This document shows, piece after piece, positions 8,765 to 20,941 of a stretch of DNA of 64,000 nucleotides. The stretch is from Candidatus Latescibacterota bacterium (lineage in GTDB: Bacteria > Latescibacterota > UBA2968 > SICM01): contig CBDCJO010000002.1 of NCBI GenBank assembly GCA_965217865.1, forward strand, positions 3,136,001 through 3,200,000. Direction: 5' to 3'. Every line of letters starts with the position of its first letter. Position 1 is the first letter of the stretch. The notes beneath the pieces are model-generated. The model saw nothing but the letters and a program-made list of their open reading frames with translations. It made no database searches and was not told the DNA's origin. A program made the translations under genes and the position numbers.

Positions 8765-10893
8765 TGGTCATCGTCTTTGGTCCGCGGTCAATCAGGTCTG
8801 GCCACAGACCCGGCAGCAGCGGTGCTGGAACCACAAGGTCCTCAACATGGTCAACCAGATCCATAAGCGCCAACAGATCCAGGCTCGGGCGTTGCTCGTT
8901 CAGATCCCCTACGCCAACACCCTTACAGATGCCGGGAAGCTCCGCAAGAAGTTCATCGCACGATACCAAAGCCAGTTCCCGAAGGCAGTTAAAGCCCTTG
9001 ATCGAGACTGGGGTCGAATGCTCACCTTCTTCGACTTTCCGACAAAACACTGGAGACACCTGAGAACCACCAATGTCGTCGAAAGCCTGTATCTATTCTG
9101 AGATAACAAGAGAAAAGTAGATAAAGGTCCAAGCAAGATTCAGGCAGCCTTGTGGATGGTCTGGGATGTTCTTTGCCGATTGATTTCTATGCGGCGCTGC
9201 CGAGCCTCCTCCTTTCGACCTTGTCGGTGGTGAAGAATCTTTTGATGCTGGCCTTTATGCCTCTGAAGAGGCGTGACATACTGTATTGCCCCGTGATAGC
9301 GTTCGGCGTTGTAGCTGTGAATGAAGGAATCAATCAGGCCTTCCAGTTGATGGAATGTGAAGATGTCCTGGAAGCGCAGCCAGTCGTATTTGAATGTCCG
9401 GAAAAAGGCTTCGATCCAGGCGTTGTCCGTGGGTGTTTGATATCGGGCAAACAGCTGCGAGATGCCCAGGTCCTTGAAGAATTGGGCCATCGATTTGGCC
9501 TTCATCTGAGATCCGTGATCTGAGAGGGCTGTCAAGCTTATGGGCCCAGTGTCCAGGTCCAGCAGTCCTTCGTTGGCAAGGGCTTGATCCCAGGCCTGTT
9601 TGACCTGCTCCACGGTCGCGTTGAAGGAGAGCTTCCATCCTACGATCTTCCTGGAATACACGTCGAGAATGGCGGTAAAATACAGGAACAAACCGAAAAA
9701 TGGGATGTAGGTCAGGTCCCAGCTCCAGACCTGATTAGGACCTTCAGGTTTGACCTGGGGCTTGCTCTGCTTGACCGGCGTCCTCACCTGTTTCCTGCGT
9801 GCCAGACGTTCTTTCCTGGCCTGTCGGTAGAAGCTGGAGGCCGAGGCCTGCACTACCCCCTTCTCTGAGGCTACCACCGCCAGCTGATGGGGAGGCAGAT
9901 CGGCATAGGTCTCATCCCTTAAGAGGGCCGAGATTTGCTCTTTCTCCTCCCTCAGCAATCCGTGTGGGGCCTTATCAGGGGCGGGCCCGGGCTTCCCATC
10001 CAAAAGCGGGTCCGACACCCCATCCAGCTTCTCTTCTCGATCTCGCCGGCTCCAGGCACAATACCGCTGGAGGGGAAGCTGTAGGATCTCGCAAGAACGG
10101 GTGAGTTTCACCCCTTTCTCCTTGGCCCGATGGACCATTAAGAGGATCTCGCGTTTGACCTCAGCTTGCACCCGGTGGCCCTTGATCGGGCCTGTCAGAT
10201 CCCATTCACACTTTTTTTTAGCAGGGAAAGTTCCACAGATTGCTCAATGATCGTTTGCTCCAGGCGTGCCCGCTCTTTGCGCAGCTGCTCCACCTCCTCA
10301 GCCGATACCATCGGCTTGCGGCTCCGGCGACCCTTGAACTCCTTGAGGGCCCCGGACTTGACCGACTCACGAATACGCTTTAGATCCGAGGAATGAATGC
10401 CCCATTTCCGCAGCACCTGTGCAATGGGAACATCTCCCCGGCTGGCTTCAAGGAAAATCTCATACTTCTGTTCCGGGGACAAGCTCCTGCGCTTCTTGAC
10501 CGGGTCACTGTTTGAGGACAGTTGCTCCATCTTTACTCCTCCTGTGAGGTCAGGGATATCCCAAAATATGTATCCCTTCTCAACCCTACAGGCAACCAGG
10601 ATCTTGCTTCGACCTTGCCCCCGTTTTTTCGGGCGATCTCAGACAAAAGATAAGCCCCTTTGCCTCCGTCCGCCTGAGAACCAACGCGGCCAAGCGATAC
10701 AAAAAGATCGGTTGCGGCAAGCGCTCTGATCTGGCGCACGCTGGTGGTCGCTGAAAAACGCTTCCGACGACTCAACGCACCCCATCTGCTAAAGGATGTC
10801 TACGCACAGCACCACCGCAAAAAAAAGATCACTATCGACTCGGAGAAGAAGCCTAGCCGCCTGACCTTTTTACACACCTCTTGACGAGAGCTC
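8765..10893 (+). pseudogene. IS256-family 3' fragment interrupted by IS3 copy 2
   Basis: QRCWNHK...WRHLRTTNVVES|PFASVRLRT; end TTTACACACCTCTTGACGAGAGCTC. Confidence 0.8.
9088..10652 (-). mobile_element. IS3-family element, full copy 2
   Basis: orfA 10195-10530, orfB 9140-10171; 4-bp TSD AGCC. Confidence 0.95.
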
Positions 10894-11517
10894 TACGGCC
10901 GTGCCCGAGCCAAGTCTGGTGTCCATTTCCCACTTGGTTTTCAGACTGGAATCGACGGTTGTGAAAGGGGCCCCCTTCTCCGGGCCGACCGTGCGAGATA
11001 GATATGGAAGTTTTTGTTGACTTACAAGGTTTAAAAAGGGACAAGAAGGAAAAATTAAGGGGTGTTAACCCCTTGGCATTGATCTCCAAGCCCAATTTTG
11101 TCCCCCCCGGACAGAGGTCCATCGCGCTTTGTCGTCGTATACCAATTTGGTGCCGGTTTCCGTCCAAAGTGTTAAATATCGTACAACTTTTGGTTCTAGG
11201 CTTGACGCTCCTTCCTTGTTAACCATTGCCCCCCCATAAATACGTCCCGTACATTTTTCATGTACGCGCGGGATAAGCTGAGGATGCTGTAAAGGTGGCG
11301 ATGGCGGCATTATGAGCTGTAAGGATTCACGCCTTGAAGCACATCCAACGCGTGGGGGGCAACATGAAAACGGTAGATGAACGCATAAACAGGTTGGATC
11401 GATCCGTAGCGTCGAGCTTTTTGTGGCGAAAGAGCACGGTTCAGTATATGTAGTAGATGTTCGATGAAAATTGTCTTTCTTGGACATAAGGACTGTAATT
11501 CCTAAGGGGGTAAGATT

Positions 11518-14058
11518 ATGTGTCCATCACGCACCTTTTCTCAAACCGCACGAGTGATTGCTCATCCTTTCATCTCGTTGAGCCTCGCCTTCACAGGAAT
11601 AGCCTTCATCGCCCCCAATGCAGGCGCTGTCCCATCGGACTCCTTAGCTGCATCCCTGGACTCCTTACGGGTGGAGCTTGACTCGTTGATGAACGTCGCA
11701 CCGCCTGTGAAAGTGAGCAACCAGGCCTTTGGTCAGGGAGTCGAACCCTCGAGTGAAGGGTCACCTGAAGTTCAACCGGTGAACATGGATTCGCTGGTGG
11801 AGGTGGCCACCTTGCTGTCGGAATCGGGGGATCCAGAAGGGGCCGCTGCCGCACAACGGACTCTGGGTGCGATCTATCTGGGCGGAAGACAGCTCGATGC
11901 GGCGGAGGAGGCGTTTGATCGGGCTCGCCACCTCGACGATTCGGCGGCGTCATGGTTTGGCCTGGGGATAGTCGCGGCTGCCGGAGACCGATCCCGGAAG
12001 CGGGAGGCCCCGAACCGGTTCCGGGAGGTCCTGGTCCGCGACCCGAAGATGTCCGATGCCCGCTATCGACTCGCCCTCGTGCTGCATAGCTTGGGAGAGG
12101 GGAATGCCGGATCCGAGCTGGAGCGCCTTGTGAAGACGGATCCGAAGTACACACCGGGCTACCTCCTCCTCTCCGAGTGGGCTGAGCAGAAGCCTTACGG
12201 TCTCGAAGAAGCCCTCGAATGGTGTGAGCGCGGCCTAGAGGCAAATCCGGATGATCCGGACCTCCTGGTCCGAAGGGAGGAGCTCAAGTTTCTCTCGGGT
12301 GGGGAGGACACTGGGATCACCGTGTTAATGTCCTACCTCAAGAAGCGGCCTCACGAGATCCGTCTCTTGCCCCTGATCGGGCAAGCCCACCTGAAGAAGG
12401 GGCGGTTGGGGCCCGCGGAGGCTGTGTTTCGAGCCTATCTGGACCGGGTCAACCCTCAGGAGCGAGCATTCTACAATGACATTTCGCTGGTGGGGTCGCC
12501 GGAGGAGATAGAGGCATTTAATGCCATCAAGCCGGAGGATGCCCCGGAGTTTCTGCGGCAGTTCTGGGCGCGGCGGGACATAGACTTGATAACTGGGGTT
12601 AACAAGCGGCGTCTTGAGCACTATCGGCGGGTGTGGGTGGCCAGGACGCAGTTCTCCAAGGGACGGACGCCGTGGGACCAGCGTGGAGAGATCTACATTC
12701 GCTATGGGGAGCCCTACTTCCGGCAGCGGTCGGGGAAGAGCGACTTCCAAAAGGGAATGGACCGGAAGGTACAGGCCGTGCGGCAGCGGCAAGCGACCCG
12801 CATTTACGGCGGAATGAGAACGAATATCCCTGACCTCATTTCGTTTCTGAAAGGTAGTTCTAGTAGGCTCCAAATCGACTCTCTTTCTTCGAAAAATAAT
12901 CTTAGTAGGTTCAACCCTTCAAAGAATATGACAATGGACATGGGACTCTATCAGGGTCCGGTCTATCCGTTGAAGGCCTTCGGGCCTGGTTACACCATTC
13001 TAGCGGCGGGTGGAAGCACCCCTGAGTTGTGGGAGAGTTGGGTCTACCCTCATATCGAGGGGGGGATCGAGTTTGTGTTCACCGACGAATTCCACGGATA
13101 TGACTATGACTTTGCCCCGATTCCCACCATCTATACTCCAATGGCTCCAAAGGCAGTAGCGGGGAGGTTCCGAACCAAGGTGCGCGAAGAGGCTCCCGAG
13201 CAGGTTTTCCGCGCTTTAAAGTCAAAGGCGTTGTCGTTGTACTTGCCTGAGGATCTGACAGAGCCGCTCACGTCTCACGTGGCAACAGTGGACTTCCGGG
13301 GGAGCCGCGACAGCTCACGCGTGGAGATCTACCTGGAGGTGCCCGTCGAGGAGATCACTCCGACGGAGCAGGGCTGGTCGGGGGAGCGGTGGCTGGTCGT
13401 GTATGACAAGACGTGGCGAGAGGTTCACCGCTCCATCAACCGTTCACCGCTCCAAGCTCTACCGGAGTTCGATGATGAGATCCTGGATGTGATGGCGTTC
13501 AACTGTCCGGCAGGCGACTATTTTATGGCGGTGAAGGTCAGAGACCCGAAGTCCAAACGAATGCAGGTGGTCCGCGACAGCCTACACGTGGAAAGTTACG
13601 TGGGAGAAAGGCTCCGGATGAGCGGGATAGAGATGGCCCGCAGGATTGCACCAGCAACAGAGGAAGGTAAGTTCGTAAAAGAGGGGTTGGAGGTGATCCC
13701 TATGCCTTCCCTTACCTTCAAACGGAGGAAAGATGTCTTCCTCTACTTTGAGGTTTACAATCTCATGCGGGACGCGCAGGGACGGACGCACTACCGGGTC
13801 GATTATACTCTGCGAAGGCTGAAGGGGGGCATCGGTAATCCCATCCTGTCGGGCCTCGGACGGCTGATCGGAAGGCGTAAGAAGGAGGACGAGGTCACCA
13901 CCTCCCACGAGTCAAGGGGAGAGACGATGCAGGAGATAATCCACACAGCGCTGGATTTGAGGAAGGGGAAAAAGGGGGACCATACCCTTCAGGTGACCGT
14001 TACGGACCTGAACAGTGGGATTGGAGTAAGCAGACAGACATCCTTCGTTCTTCGGTAA
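11518..14058 (+). CDS. Secreted TPR + GWxTD domain protein
   Basis: Signal peptide, TPR repeats, FWARRD..EHYRRVWVAR..PWDQRGEIYIRYGEP, C-terminal beta domain; intact 846 aa. Confidence 0.85.
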   Translation: MCPSRTFSQTARVIAHPFISLSLAFTGIAFIAPNAGAVPSDSLAASLDSLRVELDSLMNVAPPVKVSNQAFGQGVEPSSEGSPEVQPVNMDSLVEVATLLSESGDPEGAAAAQRTLGAIYLGGRQLDAAEEAFDRARHLDDSAASWFGLGIVAAAGDRSRKREAPNRFREVLVRDPKMSDARYRLALVLHSLGEGNAGSELERLVKTDPKYTPGYLLLSEWAEQKPYGLEEALEWCERGLEANPDDPDLLVRREELKFLSGGEDTGITVLMSYLKKRPHEIRLLPLIGQAHLKKGRLGPAEAVFRAYLDRVNPQERAFYNDISLVGSPEEIEAFNAIKPEDAPEFLRQFWARRDIDLITGVNKRRLEHYRRVWVARTQFSKGRTPWDQRGEIYIRYGEPYFRQRSGKSDFQKGMDRKVQAVRQRQATRIYGGMRTNIPDLISFLKGSSSRLQIDSLSSKNNLSRFNPSKNMTMDMGLYQGPVYPLKAFGPGYTILAAGGSTPELWESWVYPHIEGGIEFVFTDEFHGYDYDFAPIPTIYTPMAPKAVAGRFRTKVREEAPEQVFRALKSKALSLYLPEDLTEPLTSHVATVDFRGSRDSSRVEIYLEVPVEEITPTEQGWSGERWLVVYDKTWREVHRSINRSPLQALPEFDDEILDVMAFNCPAGDYFMAVKVRDPKSKRMQVVRDSLHVESYVGERLRMSGIEMARRIAPATEEGKFVKEGLEVIPMPSLTFKRRKDVFLYFEVYNLMRDAQGRTHYRVDYTLRRLKGGIGNPILSGLGRLIGRRKKEDEVTTSHESRGETMQEIIHTALDLRKGKKGDHTLQVTVTDLNSGIGVSRQTSFVLR

Positions 14059-14186
14059 AATGGGGCTGGTTGGGATATTATGTTTGGCGCTCTGGTTTAG
14101 AGGCTGCAGCACCCTGGGAGAAGTACAACGACGCTGGAGCCTTGGACATTGTTTGATAACTTATATATACCACTTAAGGAAAGAAA

Positions 14187-14369
14187 TTGATTGGACAAAT
14201 AGTAAGGAAAGAAATTCTCTCTAATCTTTCAAGCCATACATTTATTATTATTTGCATCTTTTGTTCTGCCATAATCCTTTTAAGCATCTACACCGGGTTG
14301 CGTAGCTTAAGGGACCAGGTTGCAGAATACCGACAGACTGAAATATTAAACCGACAGATCTTGCAGGTA
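14187..14369 (+). pseudogene. ABC-2-type permease N-terminus
   Basis: MIGQIVRKEILSNLSS plus TM helix; interrupted by IS256. Confidence 0.7.
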
Positions 14370-15794
14370 GGTCAAGTCTTAAGCGTCCTGCAAAATGCAA
14401 GCCTTCAACTGGAGGTCCAGTGAGGTTCAGGCAACGGCTACCATTTCAGCCGGTGGTGCGATCTGTCGTTCCTCATAGAGCAGCTGGAGCTGGAGCAGTT
14501 CGGTGGACGTGATGTTGATATTCTGCCACCTGGCAGCGGCACGGATGAGAACAGCATAGACGAGCTTCAGGCAACTCTTTTCGGAGAAGAATCGCGGCAA
14601 TGTTTTGGTTCGGCGGCGTTCCTCGACAAAGCTGCGTTCGATCAGGTTGGTGGTGCGGGCGAACTTCCGGAGTCGCCAGGGAAGCTGGAGGTGTGCGAGG
14701 AGAGCTTCGAGGTCCTCCGTGAGACACTTGCACAGACCGGGGAACTCCTTGCTGAACTTCTCCAGAAACTCTCGCACCGCACTTTGGCCGGCCTGAAGAT
14801 CCGGGGCGTCACGAATCATCACCAGATACGGCTTGATCTCATGCCAGCGCGCATCGGGCACCTTGGCTGCAAAGTTGCGCATCCGATGCGCCCAGCAGCG
14901 TCCGCGCAGACTCTTCGGCCACATCTGGTCGATGGTCTGGATAAGCCCACCGGCTCCGTCGGTCGTGACGAACAGGGGTGCCGGTAAACCACGCCGGTCG
15001 AGATCCCGGACGAACTCAAGCCATGCCTCGCCGCTTTCTTTGCTGCCCAGACCCAGGGAGATCAGAACTTTCCGGCCGTCCAGTGTGATGCCCCAGGCGC
15101 ACAGCACGGCCTCCCGGGTGATGCCGTGGGTACGAAGCGGCTCGTACAGGCCGTCCAGGAACAGGCACAGGAGAGGAAAGTCGCTGAGATCGCGTTCCTG
15201 GAAGGCCTGGTATTGTTCCCAAAGGACTTCGGTGACTTCGCTGACCTTGCTGCGGCTAAGCAGGCAACGCCCCTGCTCATCAGTGAAGGCGTCCTCGATG
15301 TCCCGGGTAGACAGTCCACGCGCGTACATCCCGGTTGCCAGGCGCTGCACCATCCCTGAGTCGCCGCGCAGAAGATCGTAAAGGCTGCACCGGTAGGGCT
15401 CCTCTGGATCCCTGACCTGAGGAATCGCGACCTCGAGGCGGCCTTCGGCAGTATCCAGATAGCCCGGCTCATAGCCGCTACGGTAGCCTCGACGACCTTC
15501 ACCGCGTTTATACCGATCGACACCCAGGTGGTCCCGCTGATGCGCCTCAAAACCCTCCTGGCAGATCAGCCGGGTGGACAACTGAACTAGCTGAGTCAAC
15601 GCCTCTTGGGCGCTCTCGACATCCTGGAGTCCTTCGATGAACTCCTTCAATTCCTTGCGCAATCTATCACTCGGAGCTATCTTCTTCATACGGCGTGACT
15701 CCTTCCTTTTGCCCACTCGGGGCGTCGAGGTTTTTGGGGACCTCTGGAAGATAGCTCACGCCGCTTCTTTTTGCAGGAAATCTAAGACATTACC
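14370..15794 (-). mobile_element. IS256-family element, complete
   Basis: TIRs GGTCAAGTCTTAAGCGTCCTGCAAAA / TTTTGCAGGAAATCTAAGACATTACC; 9-bp TSD TTGCAGGTA. Confidence 0.95.
14427..15716 (-). CDS. IS256-family transposase
   Basis: GLSTRDI, LFLDG, TTDG, RCWAH, RTTNLIER motifs. Confidence 0.95.
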   Translation of the reverse strand: MGKRKESRRMKKIAPSDRLRKELKEFIEGLQDVESAQEALTQLVQLSTRLICQEGFEAHQRDHLGVDRYKRGEGRRGYRSGYEPGYLDTAEGRLEVAIPQVRDPEEPYRCSLYDLLRGDSGMVQRLATGMYARGLSTRDIEDAFTDEQGRCLLSRSKVSEVTEVLWEQYQAFQERDLSDFPLLCLFLDGLYEPLRTHGITREAVLCAWGITLDGRKVLISLGLGSKESGEAWLEFVRDLDRRGLPAPLFVTTDGAGGLIQTIDQMWPKSLRGRCWAHRMRNFAAKVPDARWHEIKPYLVMIRDAPDLQAGQSAVREFLEKFSKEFPGLCKCLTEDLEALLAHLQLPWRLRKFARTTNLIERSFVEERRRTKTLPRFFSEKSCLKLVYAVLIRAAARWQNINITSTELLQLQLLYEERQIAPPAEMVAVA

Positions 15795-15832
15795 TTGCAG
15801 GTATTAGACCTACACGGTAAGAACAGGGGGGA

Positions 15833-16213
15833 ATGGTGAGAAAAAGTACTACCGCACATTGGCCTCGATTCTTTTTGGCGCTCTGCTTCATTTTTCCGGC
15901 TTTGGTTGCCTATGGTCGAGGGCCGGAAGATCTGTTGGACCTTCGAAAGCTCACAAAGAAACTAAAGCTATCCCCGGCACAACAGGATTCAGCAAGGCGG
16001 AAGATTTCCCAGATCCAAAATACTTTGAAGGCCTTCGAGTGGGACTATGCGAGGATGACATCTGAAGCAGCTATCTGGAAAGGGATGGGTGGAAACCTCA
16101 ACGAGGTAAGGGATAGAAAGAAGAAAGCGATCGCAGAAATCGACAGAGTCTTGGTCAACTTCAGAGGGAGTCTCGACAGCCGCCAGCAGTACCGTCTGGA
16201 TGACCGTTGTTGA
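15833..16213 (+). CDS. Hypothetical secreted protein, probably 3'-truncated
   Basis: RBS, signal peptide, helical LTKKLKLSPAQQ segment. Confidence 0.5.
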   Translation: MVRKSTTAHWPRFFLALCFIFPALVAYGRGPEDLLDLRKLTKKLKLSPAQQDSARRKISQIQNTLKAFEWDYARMTSEAAIWKGMGGNLNEVRDRKKKAIAEIDRVLVNFRGSLDSRQQYRLDDRC

Positions 16214-16633
16214 CACAGCAAAAAGCAGGCTCCTGAATACAACTGTATGGAGACCCTGAAGGTGCTGAACCGGCTGCCCACGATGACGATCCGCGCGGAC
16301 CACCGCCCGTGCATCTGGTTCACCTCCGATGTCCTGGTCGCTAGGCCCGGGACACTCGCTTCCTTCTACATGGGCACCCGTCCATGCTCTCATCGCAGAG
16401 GGCGTGGCGACCGAAGAGAACGTGCCCGGGCCATCCGTCAGGGGGATGAGCGGCTGCTCAGGGAGCCGTACGGCGATCTGCAGGTCGGGACTCGAACGAA
16501 TCGTCGAGTTGAAAGAACGGGCACGCCACCAGCGCCCGGCCACGGGCCGATCCACCGCGGCAGCACCTGGCAAACGGTGCGCCTCTCCGGGGCGCACTTC
16601 CGATGATGTGCCTCCTGTCATGCCATTACTACG

Positions 16634-16835
16634 GTGTGAAAACGACGTGGGGGGTCGATTCACAGTTTGCCCGGTGCCGGATTCACACGGGACCCGCCGC
16701 GTATCCGCTGAGGCGGCAGTCTTACGCCTCCACGGCCCGGCCGGGCGTGGCCGGACGGGCCGCTCCAGCGGATGCGGGAGCGACCCCCCAGTCCGAGGGC
16801 CTGGTACGGGCGCGGAGCCGTGCGCGTTTTCACAC
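16634..16835. mobile_element. Putative ~200-bp MITE
   Basis: GTGTGAAAACG ... CGTTTTCACAC inverted ends resembling IS1182/IS5-type TIRs. Confidence 0.45.
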
Positions 16836-17067
16836 GCCCGCCCCCTGGGGTCGCTCCCTCTCGATCAATCCCGTGCGGGAAGGCTGTCCAGCGCCGCTGG
16901 GAGCGCGGTGTATCGGCAGCCCGATCCGGGTTCCGGGTCTCGGCTCGTCGGCCAAGTACGCGGCCCCGGGGTACGCCGCGCAGTCCGGGACGCGACCTTC
17001 TTGGACACCAGCCTTTGGTTGGCCCGCCAGTTGGCGCGCTCGACCAGCGACACGGGGGCGGAGGGGG

Positions 17068-17578
17068 CGACGGTGCTGGAACCACAAGATGAGGAACGTG
17101 CTGGACCGGCTGCCGCAGCGGGAGCAGAGCGAGGCGAAGGATCTTCTCAGGGCCGTGGTCTACGCACCGAGCCGGGCCGAGGCTGTGAAGGCCCGCGCAG
17201 TGCTCGCCAGGCGCTACAGGCCGTGGTATCCGAAGGCGGTGGACGTACTCGAGGACGACTGGGAGCGGATGGTGGCGTTCTACGACTTCCCCGAGGATCA
17301 CTGGAAGCATCTACGCACGACGAACGTGGTCGAGAGAGCCCCTTTGCCGCAGTAGGGCTCAGGACAACGGCGGCGAAGCGCTTCAAGAGGGTCGAGAGCG
17401 CTACGGCGCTGATCTGGAAGCTGCTCTTGGTGGCGGAGAAGCGCTCAGAAGGCTCGACGCTCCTCACCTCCTCAAGGACGTATTTGAAGGAAGAAAGTTC
17501 GAAGACGGAAAGCCCGTCTCAACCCAACAGCGGAAAAACGCCGCCTGAAACATTTACACACCTATTGACCCAACCTCA
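17068..17578 (+). pseudogene. IS256-family 3' fragment
   Basis: RCWNHKMRNV...HLRTTNVVE with frameshifts; end TTTACACACCTATTGACCCAACCTC. Confidence 0.8.
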
Positions 17579-18124
17579 GAGGGTGTGGTTCAAGATGCTG
17601 GATGTGCAAACGATCCGTGTCAGCGGAGACGGTATAGAAACCATTTTGAAGTACGTGTGGCAATGGACGACAACGGGGAGTGCGTCCTTGTGGTAGATGG
17701 GGAGCCACGAAGCCCGTGGCAGGTCATGTATCGTGCGCTAGACAGGCTCTTATTCTCTAGCGAGGACGATGCCTAGCCGTGGTACACCTACTTAGCAGGT
17801 GGATGCCATGAAGAAGCGACGTAAGCAGACGTAAGCATAGGGTGCCGGAGTCTAGGGCGCTGGCCTTGCCGCCGAAGGGGCACCAGCCGAGCAAGGCCGA
17901 AAAGGAAGAGGAAGTGGATATGCCGAAGCTGACGAAGGCCCAGCTGCGGAAGACATTCTTCCGGCCTTTCCGGTTTGGGCGGCAAGGGGAGTGAGACGAT
18001 TGGCCTGTGGGTAGGCTCCTGGCGTTAGTAGTGGTCCTCGTAGGGATCGCGATGGTATAATCCCCCATTCAAGCAGGGAGACTACGCATGCCGTGGCCCA
18101 GCACCATTTCCCTCCTCTACCCGT

Positions 18125-18540
18125 TGGCAGACGGGCAAGAGCCTCAACATCGCGCCGCCGGGCTGGGAGCAGACCTACGACCCCCTTGTCGAGGCCTGCA
18201 ACCTCGACAAGGGCTAGAGCCGCCCGGACGATCCGGCGCGCGCCCGGGATCAGCAGCCGGGGCACCGCGCCTACCTCGAGGCGGCGGAGCTGCGGGCGGG
18301 GATCGCGCATGAGGCCGATCCCCGGGACCAGATCCGGGACTACCTGCTGCGGGGCGTCGAGCGCGGCACGGTGCAGGACCGGGCCGGCGTCGCCGCCGCC
18401 CTGCAGGAGGCGGGCTTCGACGTGCCGCGCCAGGGCAAGAACTACGTGACCGCCCACGACCCGGACAGTGGGAAGCGGTGGCGGCTGAAAGGAGCGCTGT
18501 ACGAGCATGACTTCCAACGCGAACGATTTGAGCGCCCGAT
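18125..18540 (+). pseudogene. Plasmid relaxase (MobA/MbeA-like) fragment
   Basis: GKSLNIAPPGW...RPDDPARAR...DRAGVAAALQEAGFDVPRQGKNYVT..DSGKRWRLKGALY. Confidence 0.7.
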
Positions 18541-18974
18541 GGCGCGCCTGGGGGATCCCAGTGCGATGCGGGGCGGGCATGGTGGCCCTGCAAACCCTCC
18601 TCGCGCTCTACCGCTTTGGAGACAGCACGGCCCTGCTGCAGTTGGTGAATCCGCTGATGTGGATCGGGCTGGGTCTGTTCTTCGTCACGGGCTGGGTCAT
18701 TGGCTGGGTGGTGGAACGCCTTCTCCGCGGCACGACCGGTCGGTTCCGCACGCTGCTGCTGGGCGCGACGTTCCTGGCCACCCCCGTGGCGGTCGCCGGG
18801 AGCCTCGTGGGGGGGCTATTCGGCCCTCCGGGGGTCCTGCTCTATGGCCTGATCCCGTATCTCCTCCTGGTGGGGATTCCCAGACTGATTGGGGTCGTGT
18901 GGACCCGGCATGGCTCCTGAGCTTCCGGAAGCAGAGTACGAACAACTCGAGGCGGTGTAGGACCTCCCACCAGT

Positions 18975-20941
18975 TGGACCGCCCTCCTGATTCTGAACGA
19001 ACCTGGGCTGGCCAAGCGACGCTGGACGAGGACCTTGCGCGGTTCCCATACGTCAATGGCCGGTTGTTCGAGGAGCCGCTACGCATCCCGGCCTTCAACG
19101 CAGAGATGCGGACGGCGTTGCTGGACGCTTGCCGTTTCGACTGGTCGAACATCTCACCCGCCATCTTCGGAGCGCTGTTCCAGTCGGTCATGGACCCGTT
19201 GGAGCGCCGCAAGCAGGGGGCGCACTACACAACCGAGAAGAACATCCTGAAGGTGATCGAGCCGCTGTTTCTGGACGATCTGCGTGCCGAATTCGAGCGC
19301 CTGAAGGCCTGAGAGGACAGCCGCCGCCGGGCCGATCTGCGCCGCTTTCAGGAGAAGCTCGGGCGGATGACCTTCTTCGATCCTGCGTGCGGATGCGGGA
19401 ACTTCCTCATCATCGCCTACCGCGAGTTGCGGGAACTGGAGATCGAGGTTCTGAAGGAGCTCTATCCCGAAAAGCAACTCGACGCTCTGGCCGAGACCCT
19501 GTCGGTCGTGGATGTGGATCAGTTCTACGGGATCGAGATCGGCGAGTTTCCCGTTCGCATCGCGGAGACCGCGCTGTGGATGATGGACCACATCATGAAC
19601 AACCGGCTGAGCCTGGAGTTCGGCCAGAGATATGTCCGCATTCCGCTCACGTCCTCGCCGCACATCGTCCATGGGGACGCTCTGGAAATCGACTGGTCCC
19701 AACTGCTGAGACCGGAAAACTGTGACTTCGTCTTCGGCAATCCACCCTTCGGGGGCGCGAAGTTCCAGAGCAAGACTCAGCGCGCGCAGGTGCGAAGGAT
19801 CGCGGACCTTGGAGGGAGCGGGGGTACGCTCGACTACGTGACCGCGTGGTTCATCAAGGCGGGAGAGTACGCGTATGGGACCGAGGTCCGGATCGGATTC
19901 GTGGCCACCAATTCGATCACCCAGGGGGAGCAGGTGGCGCAGCTCTGGCCGATCCTGTTCAACCGCTGTGGGCTGGAGATCTCCTTCGCCCACCGGACGT
20001 TCGCATGGGGATCGGACGCACGTGGAAAGGCCCATGTGCACGTAGTCATCATCGGGCTCGACGGCCGTGCGGTCGGCAAGGCGCCTGTTCAGCTATCCCG
20101 ACATCAACGGCGACCCAGAGGAGACCCGACACTCCGTGCTCTCGCCGTACCTGTTCGACGCCAGCGGGCTCGCCGACCCGCACCTGACCGTGCGGGAAGA
20201 GAGCACGCCAGTGAATGGGTTGCCGAAGCTGATTATCGGTTCCAAACCCATTGACGGTGGGCACTACATCTTCAGCACTGCGGAGAAGCGCGCCGAGTTC
20301 GTCGCGGCGGAGCCGTACGTGCGGCCTTACATCGGCGCCCGCGAATACCTGCAAGGCGGCGGCAGGTGGATTCTCGCCCTCCACGATGCCCCGCCCAACG
20401 TCCTGGTGGGGATGCCGGCCGTGCGGGAACGGATCGGGGCGATGCGTTCGTACCGCGAGGCCAGCCGGAGCGCGCCCACCCGGAAGCTGGCGGCGACCCC
20501 GACCCCTCTATCATGTGAACGTCATCCCCACCTCTCCCTTCCTGGTGATCCCCGAGGTCAGTTCGGAGCGGCGGGAGTACGTCCCAATCGGGTGGCTGGA
20601 ACCTCCGGTTGTTCCGAGCAACCTCGTTCGGGTTCTGGAAAACGCCACGATGACAGACTTCGCGCTGCTTACCTTGGCCATGCATATGGCGTGGCTGCGC
20701 CACATCGGTGGACGGCTCAAGAGGCGACTACCGCTACTCCATCGGCCTCGTCTACAACACCTTCCCGACTCCACCCGCTACCGCCAACACGTCCAAACTC
20801 GAGCCTTTGGCGCAAGCCGTACTCGACGCTCGCACCGCGTATCCTGACGCCACCTTGGCGGACCTCTACGACCCGGACCTGGTGCCACCCACCCTCCGCC
20901 GTGCCCACCAAGCGATCGATCGCGCCGTGGACCGGCTCTAT
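18975..20941 (+). pseudogene. MmeI-like type IIL restriction-modification enzyme, degraded
   Basis: FPYVNGRLF, GAHYTTEKNILKVI, FFDPACGCGNFL, GNPPFGG, ATNSITQGEQV, LADLYDPD; stop codon and frameshifts. Confidence 0.9.

Noticed and set aside
10894-11517. Riboswitch upstream of the GWxTD gene
   Set aside because: No recognisable aptamer consensus; an Rfam search would be needed
16329-17696. 455-aa ORF and other long GC-rich ORFs (51168-52481 minus, 61046-62017 plus, 27157-27861 plus)
   Set aside because: Shadow or read-through frames over recognisable genes or junctions
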